This document shows positions 27,378 to 37,393 of a stretch of 64,000 nt of DNA, one piece after another. Position 1 is the stretch's first letter. Each line of letters begins with the position of its first letter. Location: positions 32,001 to 96,000 of IMG/VR virus record IMGVR_UViG_3300042691_015370; one strand, written 5' to 3'. The translations under genes were made by a program, and so were the position numbers. Below the pieces are notes generated by a model. That model saw only the letters and a list, made by a program, of their open reading frames with translations. It had not been told where the DNA came from and did no database searches. This stretch comes from a virus.

Positions 27378-27890
27378 TCAGAAGGGGTCCTCTTCACCAG
27401 CAATGATCTGCTGACGACTTGTCGTAGGCGCTGCGGTTGCATCAGCAGTGGGACGTGCTCGACGTACCTCACCAACAGACTCACCCTTAGTGCCATCCTT
27501 CTTGTTGTAGTTCTTCACCGTCACCCGGCACTTCTGACCAACCAGATGCTCGGAGTCGAACTCGTAGTCATCGGGGAAAGTCTCAACACCCATGATGGCC
27601 TGTGCCCAAAGACGCAGGCGGCAATTGCCCTCATACCACAGGGCCTGAGCGTTACCCCAAATCTTACGGTTCTTGTAGTCACCATCAAGAACCTTGAACT
27701 GGAAGTTGAACTCGTGGGTAGCTTCGATGTTGTACTTGCTACGAAAGCTCTCATCGATAGCACGAAGCGTGACCTTCTCTACCTCAACGTTGAGGACAGT
27801 TGGATCACCGAAGTCATCAACCTCTGGAATGGGGTCAAATGCCTTCTCTGCGGGCTTGAAGTCCCGTGCTGATGCTGGAATACCTGCCAT
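27378..27890 (-). CDS. single-stranded DNA-binding protein (DUF669-like)
   Basis: FKVLDGDYKNRKIW, LVGQKCRVTV, acidic C-terminus EEDPF; next to AAA_24 gene. Confidence 0.8.
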   Translation of the reverse strand: MAGIPASARDFKPAEKAFDPIPEVDDFGDPTVLNVEVEKVTLRAIDESFRSKYNIEATHEFNFQFKVLDGDYKNRKIWGNAQALWYEGNCRLRLWAQAIMGVETFPDDYEFDSEHLVGQKCRVTVKNYNKKDGTKGESVGEVRRARPTADATAAPTTSRQQIIAGEEDPF

Positions 27891-27911
27891 TTTGTTTACC
27901 TATACCTTCTA

Positions 27912-28901
27912 CTATTGTGTTTTCTTGAAGCAGTGTGAGCACAACGTCTTTTGAACTTTGATCTTCGAAAGATCTGCCCACGTTTTTTCATCGAACTCTT
28001 CACCGCAGCCTTCGCATACGTAGTTGTTCGACTGAGGGTCCTGCGTACCCTCGTTCTCAACGACTGGCTGTGGAATCTCCACAACTTGTGTCTCAGATTC
28101 TGTTAATTTTACCGCACTCACATGGCTGCAAATGTTAAGGACGATCCCCTCGTCCACAGGGAAGCTCAGCGGCAAGGAGCCGGTCTTGTCATTCGGCCAC
28201 GGCAGCATGGAAGTCGGGGCGAAGTGCAGCACCCGCTGAACCTCTGGCACGGCCTCTGTCGTTATCGTGATTTGATCGGTGTTTCCGTCAAGGATCTCGA
28301 CCGCAAGATCATCAATCAACTCATCGGGTAGCTGACGATAGGCGGCAAGGTATGCAGAAATGTCCACATAGCCGTGAATGCCGGTCACAAATGATCCACC
28401 GAGTGCTGGCTGAAGTACAGAGAAATTATCACCGTAGGCCACATCCTTGGTGCGGGCCAATACAACTAGGTTGACATCTAGTTGTTTGAAGCCTGTGAAG
28501 ATGGAGTGGAATCGATCAGCGATCCAACCCCAGTCACTTGCCTTGGTTTCTTGTCTGCCTTCGTTCTTGACGTGCTCTAAGATGAGCAAACGCTGTAGTT
28601 CATCAACCGTATCGATGACTAGCGTTTCAACCTTGCGCCCGAACAGTTCCTCTCGCTCAGCGGCTGGTCGATCCAGTGCCTTCTTAAGAAGAAACAAATC
28701 CTTCAGGGTGCTGACGTTGACGAAGGGGACGCTACCGATTTGACCAAGTGTTGTCAAATCGCCGCCAGAGCAGGCGAACAGCGGATCGGGAAACCGGGTG
28801 CCCAGATGCGTCTTGCCGCTCCCAGCGTGGCCCACAACGAGCATTCTGAGACGGTTCGGGAACTCGTCGGCACCCGAAATGTGTAGGTCAAATTGTTCCA
28901 T
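27912..28901 (-). CDS. AAA_24 / Sak4-like ATPase (recombination)
   Basis: GHAGSGKT, LVIDTVDELQ, DWG; C-terminal CEGC...CSHC Zn ribbon. Confidence 0.85.
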   Translation of the reverse strand: MEQFDLHISGADEFPNRLRMLVVGHAGSGKTHLGTRFPDPLFACSGGDLTTLGQIGSVPFVNVSTLKDLFLLKKALDRPAAEREELFGRKVETLVIDTVDELQRLLILEHVKNEGRQETKASDWGWIADRFHSIFTGFKQLDVNLVVLARTKDVAYGDNFSVLQPALGGSFVTGIHGYVDISAYLAAYRQLPDELIDDLAVEILDGNTDQITITTEAVPEVQRVLHFAPTSMLPWPNDKTGSLPLSFPVDEGIVLNICSHVSAVKLTESETQVVEIPQPVVENEGTQDPQSNNYVCEGCGEEFDEKTWADLSKIKVQKTLCSHCFKKTQ

Positions 28902-29097
28902 CGTTACCTCTTACAATATTGATATGAATACTATTACCGACCAAGATGACTGAACGATCACCGAACATGCTCGTCAACTTGTCGGCAATGCCCTTTAGTT
29001 GTTCGTATGGTGCCTGTGGATCATCAATATGCACAATCAACTTGTCATCAGGTCCAACAACACCAATACTATTGAGTATTACCTCTTCATCCATCAT
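28888..29097 (-). CDS. hypothetical protein
   Basis: Likely start MMDEEVIL. Confidence 0.6.
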   Translation of the reverse strand: MMDEEVILNSIGVVGPDDKLIVHIDDPQAPYEQLKGIADKLTSMFGDRSVILVGNSIHINIVRGNDGTI

Positions 29098-30934
29098 GTA
29101 CCTTTGCTTCTGGTGGTGAATAAATAGGACATATGTCGCTATAGGAACAGATGCCACAGGTGTCTCCAGAGATATCTGGAACATAGACGTCAAGCTCAAC
29201 TGCTTTAGCAATCTGATCTAGACAGAACAACATGCGGTCATAATCTTGTTGTGACCTTGCACCTACAGGATATTCCTTGGCGTTTCTGAGGTCATACCAT
29301 ACTCCGACTATCTCATGGTCCTTGTACTGCTCGTACAACTCTTCACCATTGGCAAAGCCTTTGTACTTTTCCTTCTCTGGCTCATAACCGCACCAAAACT
29401 GCTTCTGCTGAACAGCGTATGTGTAGGCGCTGTTGCCAGTGAAATATACCGTACCATTGCGCCTAGCTAGCCAAGTGCCATTACTAGTAGTCGGGCACCA
29501 TACTTTGCCAGTATATGTGACTATAGATTGCTTCTTTTTTGAAGGTATAAAGTTAGAGCGTCCCTCTTTAAGAACGAGAGTCCATATATCAGAATCTGCA
29601 TAAACACCTTTCCCGCCAAGCTTACGATGAGATAAACTAGTTCTGATGCCAGCTAGTTGACACGCAATGGCGAAGGCATCCAACCGAGAACGCAGAGACT
29701 GTGTAATGGTCCTTACTCCCGTAGGTCCTTTGTGACCATCGGCACGGATAGATACATCAATAAACAACCGAAGCTGATCCTCGGTTAAAGAGGTAATAAA
29801 ATCAGAGGACAAAACCTTGTCTTGCAAATCTTCAAAGGCCACATAAAGCTCAAGTGAGGCTGTTCTATTCAAGTAGAACCTGTTGGCGTCATCAGCGGGA
29901 ACAACTCGCCACGCCGGAAATGGCAGAGACTGCCTTCCATTCCTCATGCATTCTGATGGTGGTCCCCATAAGCTTTCAAGAGTTTTGTATATATCCTCAT
30001 AATCCGAGCCACTCTTTTGCGCTAAGGACAATGACCCGCCAGCCCTAACGTGACCCTCAGTCCAAAACCAACCAACCAAAGCAACAAAGTCATCATCATA
30101 TTTAGCAGTATCTGGCAGATTTGAAACCCTACGTCCACACGGAATCGAATCACGGCTAGTTAGGGCATCTGAGGTTACTACTCGCTTTTCTTTCCTCCAG
30201 CTACCACGAGATGAGATGGTATGATTAACGTACCATCTGTGATTCTTGGTCGTTAAAGAAGAGTGCGACAAACCCTCAATTGATACAAGCTCTTGATCAA
30301 TAGCATCAAAGACATTCACACTAAGGGCAGGTTGCCACTCCGCTAGGTCAGTTTCTGCATTGTAGGTAAGAACATCCTCGCCCTCAACAACATCTTGGTA
30401 CGTTTTCCAGCCTCTACGGGTCAAAATTTGGGTTTCGCTATCAGCGCAGAACTGGATGTCGAAGCCTAAGTTCGTTTTGTTGGGCCGCTGACCAGTCTTG
30501 AGGTCCACTACCTTCAGTTGCTTGGAACCTTTGACTGTTTCAAGGATGTCTACAATCCCAGAAAGTTGATGGTCACCAATGTCAACACAGAACCTGTGCT
30601 CTGTGGCGATCACCTCACGCTCAACCCACTTGCAGTTCTCGTGATACTCACGAATGAACTTCAGCCCACGTTCCCGATAGTCCTCATGTGAGGTTCTTGG
30701 AAAATAGAACTTCGGCTCAATGTCGAACTCTTCTGGGTTGTCCCAAGCATACAGGAAAGAATGCTCTGCATCCTCAAGCTTCTTTGTGTTGTTGTAGATC
30801 TCCAGAGCCATATGCACAGCAGTACCAAAAGAGGCAGCAGCATTCTGAATCTGTGGCCGTTGCTCTACATAATTGAATCGCCACTGCAAGCTGCAATTCA
30901 TGAAGGAACGGATCATAGATGGGCTAAACTTCAT
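29087..30934 (-). CDS. Cas4/RecB-like PD-(D/E)xK exonuclease containing an intein
   Basis: FSPSMI..FMNC, GTAVH, GIVD, VVDLKTG, QF/SAY, terminal CGICSYSDICP Fe-S cysteines. Confidence 0.92.
   Translation of the reverse strand: MKFSPSMIRSFMNCSLQWRFNYVEQRPQIQNAAASFGTAVHMALEIYNNTKKLEDAEHSFLYAWDNPEEFDIEPKFYFPRTSHEDYRERGLKFIREYHENCKWVEREVIATEHRFCVDIGDHQLSGIVDILETVKGSKQLKVVDLKTGQRPNKTNLGFDIQFCADSETQILTRRGWKTYQDVVEGEDVLTYNAETDLAEWQPALSVNVFDAIDQELVSIEGLSHSSLTTKNHRWYVNHTISSRGSWRKEKRVVTSDALTSRDSIPCGRRVSNLPDTAKYDDDFVALVGWFWTEGHVRAGGSLSLAQKSGSDYEDIYKTLESLWGPPSECMRNGRQSLPFPAWRVVPADDANRFYLNRTASLELYVAFEDLQDKVLSSDFITSLTEDQLRLFIDVSIRADGHKGPTGVRTITQSLRSRLDAFAIACQLAGIRTSLSHRKLGGKGVYADSDIWTLVLKEGRSNFIPSKKKQSIVTYTGKVWCPTTSNGTWLARRNGTVYFTGNSAYTYAVQQKQFWCGYEPEKEKYKGFANGEELYEQYKDHEIVGVWYDLRNAKEYPVGARSQQDYDRMLFCLDQIAKAVELDVYVPDISGDTCGICSYSDICPIYSPPEAKVHDG
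29432..30448 (-). mobile_element. intein (339 aa) with LAGLIDADG homing endonuclease
   Basis: Starts CADSETQILTRRGW; block B TKNHRW; LVGWFWTEG and FIDVSIRADG motifs; ends VWCPTT..GTWLARRNGTVYFTGN; +1 Ser. Confidence 0.93.
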
Positions 30935-31164
30935 TCACACCCCGCTAAGAAAAGAATCTCTACATCATTCAATTCAAGTTCCTTTGCAATCTTCACGAAC
31001 GTATCGACTGGTGGTTTTGAGCCACCGCTTTCAATCTTAGAGATGTAAGATGGAGACAGGCCACAGGCAGTAGACAGGGAACGAGCAGAGATGCCCTTCT
31101 CCGTTCTCATCAACTTAAGGACCGCACTAAAGGGCAGACCTGTTGCCTTAGCAAAGTCAATCAT
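30931..31164 (-). CDS. XRE-family HTH regulator
   Basis: RTEKGISARSLSTACGLSPSYISKIESG...KIAKEL. Confidence 0.9.
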   Translation of the reverse strand: MIDFAKATGLPFSAVLKLMRTEKGISARSLSTACGLSPSYISKIESGGSKPPVDTFVKIAKELELNDVEILFLAGCE

Positions 31165-31583
31165 TTCACCAGAACCTTGGCACAGCCCAGACACTCCCAG
31201 CCTTGTGAGTCTTCTTTATAGACACCACCATAAACCGATAGGTGCGGACACTCTTCCACGAAATTGAACTTATCTGGTAACTTGTTCAAACCCTTCATGG
31301 GAGCCATGAAATACTCTCCCACATTGATCATAAGATCAGCACGAATCCAACCAATCAGTACGCCATTGTCAATACCGAGGACCATTATATCGGCATATGG
31401 AGCGCCAGTATGTAGCATCGAACCGTGAATTTCACCATAAGCTGGAGCCACTTTGTGACCCGTATTATCGGTCAGGATCACACCCTCGTTGCAAAAATCA
31501 TCAACCTGCAAATTGACGCAATACTTGTTCACGAACGAGTCGATAACTTTTCTTTGGTTCGGATCGGTGTTGATGTTACGCAC
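31161..31583 (-). CDS. hypothetical protein
   Basis: Gene chain, C-terminal CLGC. Confidence 0.7.
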   Translation of the reverse strand: MRNINTDPNQRKVIDSFVNKYCVNLQVDDFCNEGVILTDNTGHKVAPAYGEIHGSMLHTGAPYADIMVLGIDNGVLIGWIRADLMINVGEYFMAPMKGLNKLPDKFNFVEECPHLSVYGGVYKEDSQGWECLGCAKVLVK

Positions 31584-31908
31584 TCGGCAATTTTACCAGA
31601 TCCGCTCCAGTGACAGGAGTTAAGGCTTCGATGTGGCGTCCGAGAAATCTCCCGGCAGCGCCGACTGGCTCAAATCTTCTCACAAAAGGAGGAAAGAAAA
31701 AGTCAAACAAGTGGAAGGTGAGCAGTAGCCACATGAAGATTACCGGCCAGCGACGCACTGGATGCTGTAGGGCATACCTAAAGGCTGAAGACATCGTGTA
31801 GTAGTCACACTTGCCACGATGCTCTTGTATAACCAGCATTGAGTCCATAACAAGCACATAGATAGTTAACCCGGCCCAAGCATAACCGGCAGGACGTAGC
31901 TGAGCCAT
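31576..31908 (-). CDS. small actinophage membrane protein
   Basis: AWAGL...TMSSAF...HPVRRWPV...HL, two hydrophobic segments; lies at the tail/replication boundary. Confidence 0.7.
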   Translation of the reverse strand: MAQLRPAGYAWAGLTIYVLVMDSMLVIQEHRGKCDYYTMSSAFRYALQHPVRRWPVIFMWLLLTFHLFDFFFPPFVRRFEPVGAAGRFLGRHIEALTPVTGADLVKLPSA

Positions 31909-32939
31909 CAGATCATACCAACCTTCCAGCCCCCCAAACTTCCTGCACGGAACTGATAATCATAGATGCGTGGGTATGACCAATCAGGACCATGCGGTTC
32001 GGCCATCATCGCAAGGGTATGAATTGCCCAACTTGGGTTGTATAAATGAGGAAACCGTTTGGGGTTAACTAGTAAATCTCTAGGCGGAAATGGCCCTTGA
32101 TAGCGCTCCCAGTTAAACAAATCCGAGAGACTCCCGCCCGCCCCATATGGAATGTCTCCACTTTCAGTCTCCATACGAACCGCAAAGCCATACCTGCTAG
32201 GGTTTTGCTTTACATAAAACTTACTGCGATCATTATACACCTCGACTACTGGGCGAGAGTGAGCCGGAAATAAAAACATATAGGCAATCGCATTCCCATT
32301 TTCAAGTATGTTACCTTCTTCCGGTACCCAATCTGGATCAAATTCATAAGCAAAATAACTAACACCAAGAGCTAGCAATGGAGTGTTTGCAGAAATCCAA
32401 GAATAAGCACCCGGAACATCGTTAAAAATACCAGCCCAAGCAGGCTGAGTCCAAGCTTCTGTACCACTTGGGATACAAATTTGCTCAACAACCACATATG
32501 ACTGAGAGGCCCTGAAGTTCTCTGGAACTGGTTCTTCAAGAGAGAAAACTCTAGCCAAGCGATTAGAGCTAATGTTACTAGCAAAACAAGTTGAATAATC
32601 TATCATAAACATCTGCACCTGTGAACCGGTCGGATTAAAACCCGTTTCTACACGAGCATAACTTCCTTGTGGCAACAGAAGATTCCGAATCAAGTCAGCA
32701 GCCCAAGGATTACTAGAAGTGTCAGGTATATCCGCTGGAAGAACCTGTGCCCAAGCGCCGCTTTCAATACCTTGAAGGCGGCGGATATAACCATTTGACC
32801 GAATCAATCCCTCACCAGACCACTGAAGAGGAACAATGCTCGCTAGTCTACCACCGGTCTGTGGTATGAACTGCCCATTGACGATACCAGTTCCATCAAA
32901 AGTGTCTCTACCAGATACATAGTTGCCAGAAACAGTCAT
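31908..32939 (-). CDS. minor tail/virion protein
   Basis: Distal tail cluster; terminal GGWKVG. Confidence 0.6.
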   Translation of the reverse strand: MTVSGNYVSGRDTFDGTGIVNGQFIPQTGGRLASIVPLQWSGEGLIRSNGYIRRLQGIESGAWAQVLPADIPDTSSNPWAADLIRNLLLPQGSYARVETGFNPTGSQVQMFMIDYSTCFASNISSNRLARVFSLEEPVPENFRASQSYVVVEQICIPSGTEAWTQPAWAGIFNDVPGAYSWISANTPLLALGVSYFAYEFDPDWVPEEGNILENGNAIAYMFLFPAHSRPVVEVYNDRSKFYVKQNPSRYGFAVRMETESGDIPYGAGGSLSDLFNWERYQGPFPPRDLLVNPKRFPHLYNPSWAIHTLAMMAEPHGPDWSYPRIYDYQFRAGSLGGWKVGMI

Positions 32940-33361
32940 GAAACATACTCTCCAACCAACTGAATAACAACATTCTCATGTCCAGAAGCTACCAAACTTC
33001 TGATAAAAACAGGCTCAAATGGAGAAATGATAGGTGGGTTATTACTTCTTTCACTCATAAAAGTAAAGGTGGTCTGATATTTCCTAGGAGAGAGTGACTT
33101 CACTGCAAGTGACGTTTCCTGTCGTGGATCATCTAGACGAATGACTTGCAACAAACCCCAAAATTCGTCAGTAGGCGGTAAATTGCTAGCGGTAATAGTT
33201 CCACCAGTCAAAAGCAATGATCGTGCCGGGTACCACAGTCCAGAGTCCGAAACATCAAGCGGGCCATATAGGCTAAAGGGCGGAATTGTAGCGTATTCAC
33301 GACGACGACTACGAGGACGTGCAGGAGACTCGTCGCGAGTAAAGTACATTTTCATGATCAA
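32936..33361 (-). CDS. minor tail/virion protein
   Basis: Tail cluster, coupled genes. Confidence 0.55.
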   Translation of the reverse strand: MIMKMYFTRDESPARPRSRRREYATIPPFSLYGPLDVSDSGLWYPARSLLLTGGTITASNLPPTDEFWGLLQVIRLDDPRQETSLAVKSLSPRKYQTTFTFMSERSNNPPIISPFEPVFIRSLVASGHENVVIQLVGEYVS

Positions 33362-34362
33362 CCACCATATCCCGGTGGCGTTTCATCTGCTTCATACCAC
33401 TCTCCATCCCAGAATCCAGCACTACCGGGTCGCCACTGAACCTGTGGCCTAACAATTATCTCATATTCCGGTGGAGTTTGGTCCGCACGGTACCAATGAC
33501 CGTTCCAGTAACCAGCATGGCCCGGACGCCACTGAACCTGTGGCCTAATAGCACCATCATCTGGATATCCGGGTGGGGTTTCGTCTGCTCTGTACCACTG
33601 ACCGTTCCACCAACCAGCAGTACCCTTAAATCCAGCCAAGTACTTTGCGTACTCAGCCTGATAATACTTAGTGCTTCGACTAACCATACCACCATTGCCA
33701 TCAGGGACCATATCTTGAGCAAATACCATAGGTGGCTGCAATGCTCTCCAAGCCTCGTAGGACAAAGGGGAACCGTTTTCGGCCGGGGGCTTCCACTTAG
33801 AGGCAGCCTTAACAAAGGCTGTGTCAGCAGCGTTGCCAGCCATAGTGCCGGATGAAGGATTGCTCAGAGCCATACCGGAAGCAGACCAATGTACGATGAA
33901 AGCTGTGTTGGCTGGACCATCACACACACTCACAACCTTAGCACCAATGTATTTCTGATCAGAAGGTATCGCTTCTTCCACATGCCAATCAATAACTAAG
34001 GCGGTAATAATGGGAGCTTCGCCCTCAATCATGCCACTCACAGGTTCACCGATCAAAGCAGGGAAATCTTCGCTAGGATTATTTGTCCACAACAGGTTGT
34101 CAGGACCTTTAATCTCAAAACCGAATGTAACGACTGGCACATTAGTAAAGGGAACGTTAAACCAAATATCTTTCTCCGCTTCACCGGGACCATTAACCAA
34201 GAACTTGCCATGTACTGGCACTCCACCGGCAAAAGACTCTTCCAAATCTTTCGTTCTCTTATTGATAGCATTTTGCTGAGCGTTGTGGAGGGCCGCCATC
34301 TGTGAGGCAATATTTTGCTGCATGATCCTATAGGAATTGGCGGTTTGTTGACTGAAATTCAT
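33358..34362 (-). CDS. minor tail protein with C-terminal Trp-rich repeats
   Basis: H-lectin-like FNVPFTNVPVVT segment; 3x G(W/Y/F)W(N/D)GxWYxADxTPPxY. Confidence 0.65.
   Translation of the reverse strand: MNFSQQTANSYRIMQQNIASQMAALHNAQQNAINKRTKDLEESFAGGVPVHGKFLVNGPGEAEKDIWFNVPFTNVPVVTFGFEIKGPDNLLWTNNPSEDFPALIGEPVSGMIEGEAPIITALVIDWHVEEAIPSDQKYIGAKVVSVCDGPANTAFIVHWSASGMALSNPSSGTMAGNAADTAFVKAASKWKPPAENGSPLSYEAWRALQPPMVFAQDMVPDGNGGMVSRSTKYYQAEYAKYLAGFKGTAGWWNGQWYRADETPPGYPDDGAIRPQVQWRPGHAGYWNGHWYRADQTPPEYEIIVRPQVQWRPGSAGFWDGEWYEADETPPGYGG
33361..33620 (-). repeat. three tandem coding repeats (~31 aa)
   Basis: CGCCACTGAACCTGTGGCCTAA occurs twice; protein repeat RPQVQWRPGxAGxWxGxWYxADxTPP. Confidence 0.85.
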
Positions 34363-34364
34363 GA

Positions 34365-35213
34365 CTATGCCACCACCGTTATCGTATCTTGCACAGACTT
34401 TGCTACAATATTATCGGCCAAAAACGTGACTTTTAGAACCCCAGCACCCGTAGCCGCTGGCATACCAGAAATACGATAATAATATGTGTGTGTTTCGTCC
34501 GCTACGCCTAGCGAACCTAACATTAAAGTTGTGTTGACGTTTGGTAGCTGCTGACTATAGACAACATCACCGTCTAAAGAATCCTCAAAGATCTGAATAG
34601 TGCGATTAAGTCCACGCAAGGGATTCGTAAGGATATCGGTGCGAATACGAAAGTTAGTTGCTTGATTATTTAGAGTTAACTGACCCTCAAGCTTCCAGTA
34701 GCTACCAACTGATTCATAAGTAAACCCCTCTTGTTGAGAAGCGGGCCAAAACACTACGTCAGTAGAGGCAAGCGCTGAATGAATGGGTGCAGGATCTGAA
34801 GGAGTGCCCTTGAGAGTCACGGCCAGAGCACCGTCCCAGATGTTCTCTTTAACATAAGTGATAAGATCTGCCCAATCAGAAGCTGAAAGATCGGATCTAA
34901 AGGAAAGGCCATCAAATCCATTGGCCTGATCCATAAAATCAAGCAACATCTGTTCATGATCACTATCTAAAGAGTCGGTCCATGTCACATCAATGTTCGG
35001 ACCGTACAGCTTCACGTTTGGATACATGGGACGGAACTGATCATAAAACGCATTGTAAAAGGCAATGTATCGATTAAAATCGCTGTAACCAATACCCTCC
35101 ATATCCTCCCAAACCAAAATACTATCAAATTCATATGCAGCCTGCATGCTAAGAATGTATTCAAGGTAGGTGTCTGATGGTCTAGGTGGCCCAATATCAA
35201 TAATCTCTGGCAT
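34365..35213 (-). CDS. minor tail protein with a partial glycoside-hydrolase-like segment
   Basis: VWEDMEG...YNAFYDQFRPMYPNVKLYGPN resembles GH39/GH-A barrel strands. Confidence 0.55.
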   Translation of the reverse strand: MPEIIDIGPPRPSDTYLEYILSMQAAYEFDSILVWEDMEGIGYSDFNRYIAFYNAFYDQFRPMYPNVKLYGPNIDVTWTDSLDSDHEQMLLDFMDQANGFDGLSFRSDLSASDWADLITYVKENIWDGALAVTLKGTPSDPAPIHSALASTDVVFWPASQQEGFTYESVGSYWKLEGQLTLNNQATNFRIRTDILTNPLRGLNRTIQIFEDSLDGDVVYSQQLPNVNTTLMLGSLGVADETHTYYYRISGMPAATGAGVLKVTFLADNIVAKSVQDTITVVA

Positions 35214-35222
35214 AACTATCTC

Positions 35223-35726
35223 CTAAATCCATGACCAAGTAATCGAATCAAACTGCACGCTACTTGGGATGTCAGTTGTGTCTCCAGCTTCAGCGTTAAT
35301 GCCGACAGAAATAGCGAGCAATTCATTGCCGACAGGATCTGTGGGGATGAGGCGCAGAGTTGTCGGAGTTGTAGATGGACCCAACTTACTGCCCGTATAA
35401 ACCCAAGCATTTGAAGCGCCAACATCTGTCAAGGTCCAACCAGTCGCCGGTGTCGCCGTACCGGCGACTGTAAGCTCAGCCCCCGTTGGGGAAGCAAAAG
35501 CTACCATCACCGTACAATCAAAGGCTCCGGTAATCATAACACCCGCAACCTCAACATACTCGACATATGTGCAGTCTGGCGGTGGCGTGTCAGTAGGCCA
35601 AATAATCATCTGGTAGTTAGCGCCGTTGCCGCCACCCCCATCTCCAACTGAGGTTGAGAACGATCCGGTCCGAACCTGCATAACAGACTGACCGGCGTTT
35701 TGCTGTGAAATTGTATGAATAGTCAT
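35223..35726 (-). CDS. minor tail protein
   Basis: Beta-rich, tail cluster. Confidence 0.6.
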   Translation of the reverse strand: MTIHTISQQNAGQSVMQVRTGSFSTSVGDGGGGNGANYQMIIWPTDTPPPDCTYVEYVEVAGVMITGAFDCTVMVAFASPTGAELTVAGTATPATGWTLTDVGASNAWVYTGSKLGPSTTPTTLRLIPTDPVGNELLAISVGINAEAGDTTDIPSSVQFDSITWSWI

Positions 35727-35727
35727 A

Positions 35728-36552
35728 TCAGGTCAACCTTACGGAAATAGGATCTGCCTCACCAATAATATAAGACTGACCATTTAACAGTGTAGTTTCT
35801 GGAACATCAATATATGCAAGCAGTGGGGGGTCCGTCTCACTAGCATAGAATCCAATATGATTAAAAGAAGGCCAATCGCCTGTGGCGGTAAATGTGACTA
35901 TGTTGCTTTGCGTTTTGGTCGCCGGTAAAGTAGCTGTTGCCATAGACCATTCAATAAGTTGACGGACATAGCCATCGCCTGAAACTTCGGTAATATCTTG
36001 ACCATTGATATCAAGAAGTGCAACATAAAGACCAGACTCAGGACTCAAAACACTATCAAGAGCAGAGCCAGCGTATTCTGGAAGGATACGCGAATCAAGA
36101 AGATTCATCTCTGCTGTAGATTGATTATCCATATACCAAATTGGTGAGTTAAGACTAGCGTCACGAGGAACAATAAACTCTGCGAGCACCCTCACAGTAT
36201 CACCCGACACAACAGAAAAAGCAGGGTCAATTGGAATAGTGATCCAAGGTGCCCCACCGCCAGTAGGCGTAGACCACAAGCCTAAACCCACAATTGAACC
36301 CCAATTGGAGCCAGCGACAGGAAAGTCATAGTACGTAGGACTCAGACGTTCACAATAGCGTGAACCAATAGTACCTGACCACTGCATTAAAACCCTAGAG
36401 TAGTTACTGCCACCTGAAGTGGATACCTCTGTACCCGGAACATCTAAACCACTTGAGGGCAATGCTGTTAAAAGCCCAACATAGAATTCATCACCAGCCG
36501 AGCACCATTGTTGCAAAATCTGTTCATCAAAGGTAGATTCATTAGTAAACAT
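35728..36552 (-). CDS. minor tail protein with two tandem 'YVxL...EVSGxxYxR' domains
   Basis: Internal duplication FYVGLLT..TEVSTSGGSNYSR / LYVALLD..TEVSGDGYVR. Confidence 0.75.
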   Translation of the reverse strand: MFTNESTFDEQILQQWCSAGDEFYVGLLTALPSSGLDVPGTEVSTSGGSNYSRVLMQWSGTIGSRYCERLSPTYYDFPVAGSNWGSIVGLGLWSTPTGGGAPWITIPIDPAFSVVSGDTVRVLAEFIVPRDASLNSPIWYMDNQSTAEMNLLDSRILPEYAGSALDSVLSPESGLYVALLDINGQDITEVSGDGYVRQLIEWSMATATLPATKTQSNIVTFTATGDWPSFNHIGFYASETDPPLLAYIDVPETTLLNGQSYIIGEADPISVRLT

Positions 36553-36562
36553 ATCAAGACCC

Positions 36563-37378
36563 TTAGGGTAATAGTTCCCAAAAAGTAAAACATCTTTGGA
36601 ACGTCATATTGTCTGGCGGAATAAGAGCAGAACTCCCCTGCCAATCGGCGTAATGCTCAGAAGCTACCTGAAGAATGGGGCAATTAGGTCCTTGCTCTGG
36701 AAAACTTACACTTCCGTTCCAAGCTGGGAAATTAGGATTCTCTTGCTGATAGTTCGGAATAAACTTAAAGGTCGTGGCTGGAATATTTTGTCCCACCATA
36801 TTTCTTTTAACATAAACTTCCAGTCTATTAGTACCAGTAATTGGTGACTGATGTACCTGCCAGTAACTAGCGCCGGGTCCAGTAATCTCAACTGTACCTA
36901 ACAAACCCGTAGTATAACGAGGTCCAAAATATTCAAAGACGCCACCCTTCCTAAGATTCACCTTCACAAGCGAATTCCAACCAGTACCATTAACTGTCAC
37001 ATTCTCTAGCCAGATTCCAGCAAACCTTTGGAGGCCGGGGTGGTCTTCGGGAAGAAAAAGACTATCAGGTGCATAAATCTGTCCGGGGTCGTCCACAAAA
37101 GACTGAACACGTTGCTCAAATTCATTGTACACTTCGGACGCTCGCAAACCGTCAGGAAACCCCTGCACAGCACCAGCCCTTGTAGCAGGCGCAGCAGCGC
37201 CGGGCTTAAATTTCACCAAAGTGCGGTGATACTCTGGGGGTGCAAGCTCGGAAGCTGTGTGAGTAGCACCGAAACTGTTGACCGGATTAAGTCGCCAATA
37301 AACCTGAAAGTATCTTTCAGAATAACTATCTAGAGCGATTTTGGCTAAAATTAAGTTTCCATTATCATCATAAGGCAT
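36563..37378 (-). CDS. minor tail protein
   Basis: Tail cluster, AGGAGG RBS. Confidence 0.6.
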   Translation of the reverse strand: MPYDDNGNLILAKIALDSYSERYFQVYWRLNPVNSFGATHTASELAPPEYHRTLVKFKPGAAAPATRAGAVQGFPDGLRASEVYNEFEQRVQSFVDDPGQIYAPDSLFLPEDHPGLQRFAGIWLENVTVNGTGWNSLVKVNLRKGGVFEYFGPRYTTGLLGTVEITGPGASYWQVHQSPITGTNRLEVYVKRNMVGQNIPATTFKFIPNYQQENPNFPAWNGSVSFPEQGPNCPILQVASEHYADWQGSSALIPPDNMTFQRCFTFWELLP

Positions 37379-37393
37379 GTAACCCCTCCTGTC

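Noticed and set aside
29087-30934. CRISPR-Cas locus suggested by the Cas4-like gene
   Set aside because: No repeat-spacer array or other cas genes; SSB and AAA_24 context indicates a phage recombination nuclease
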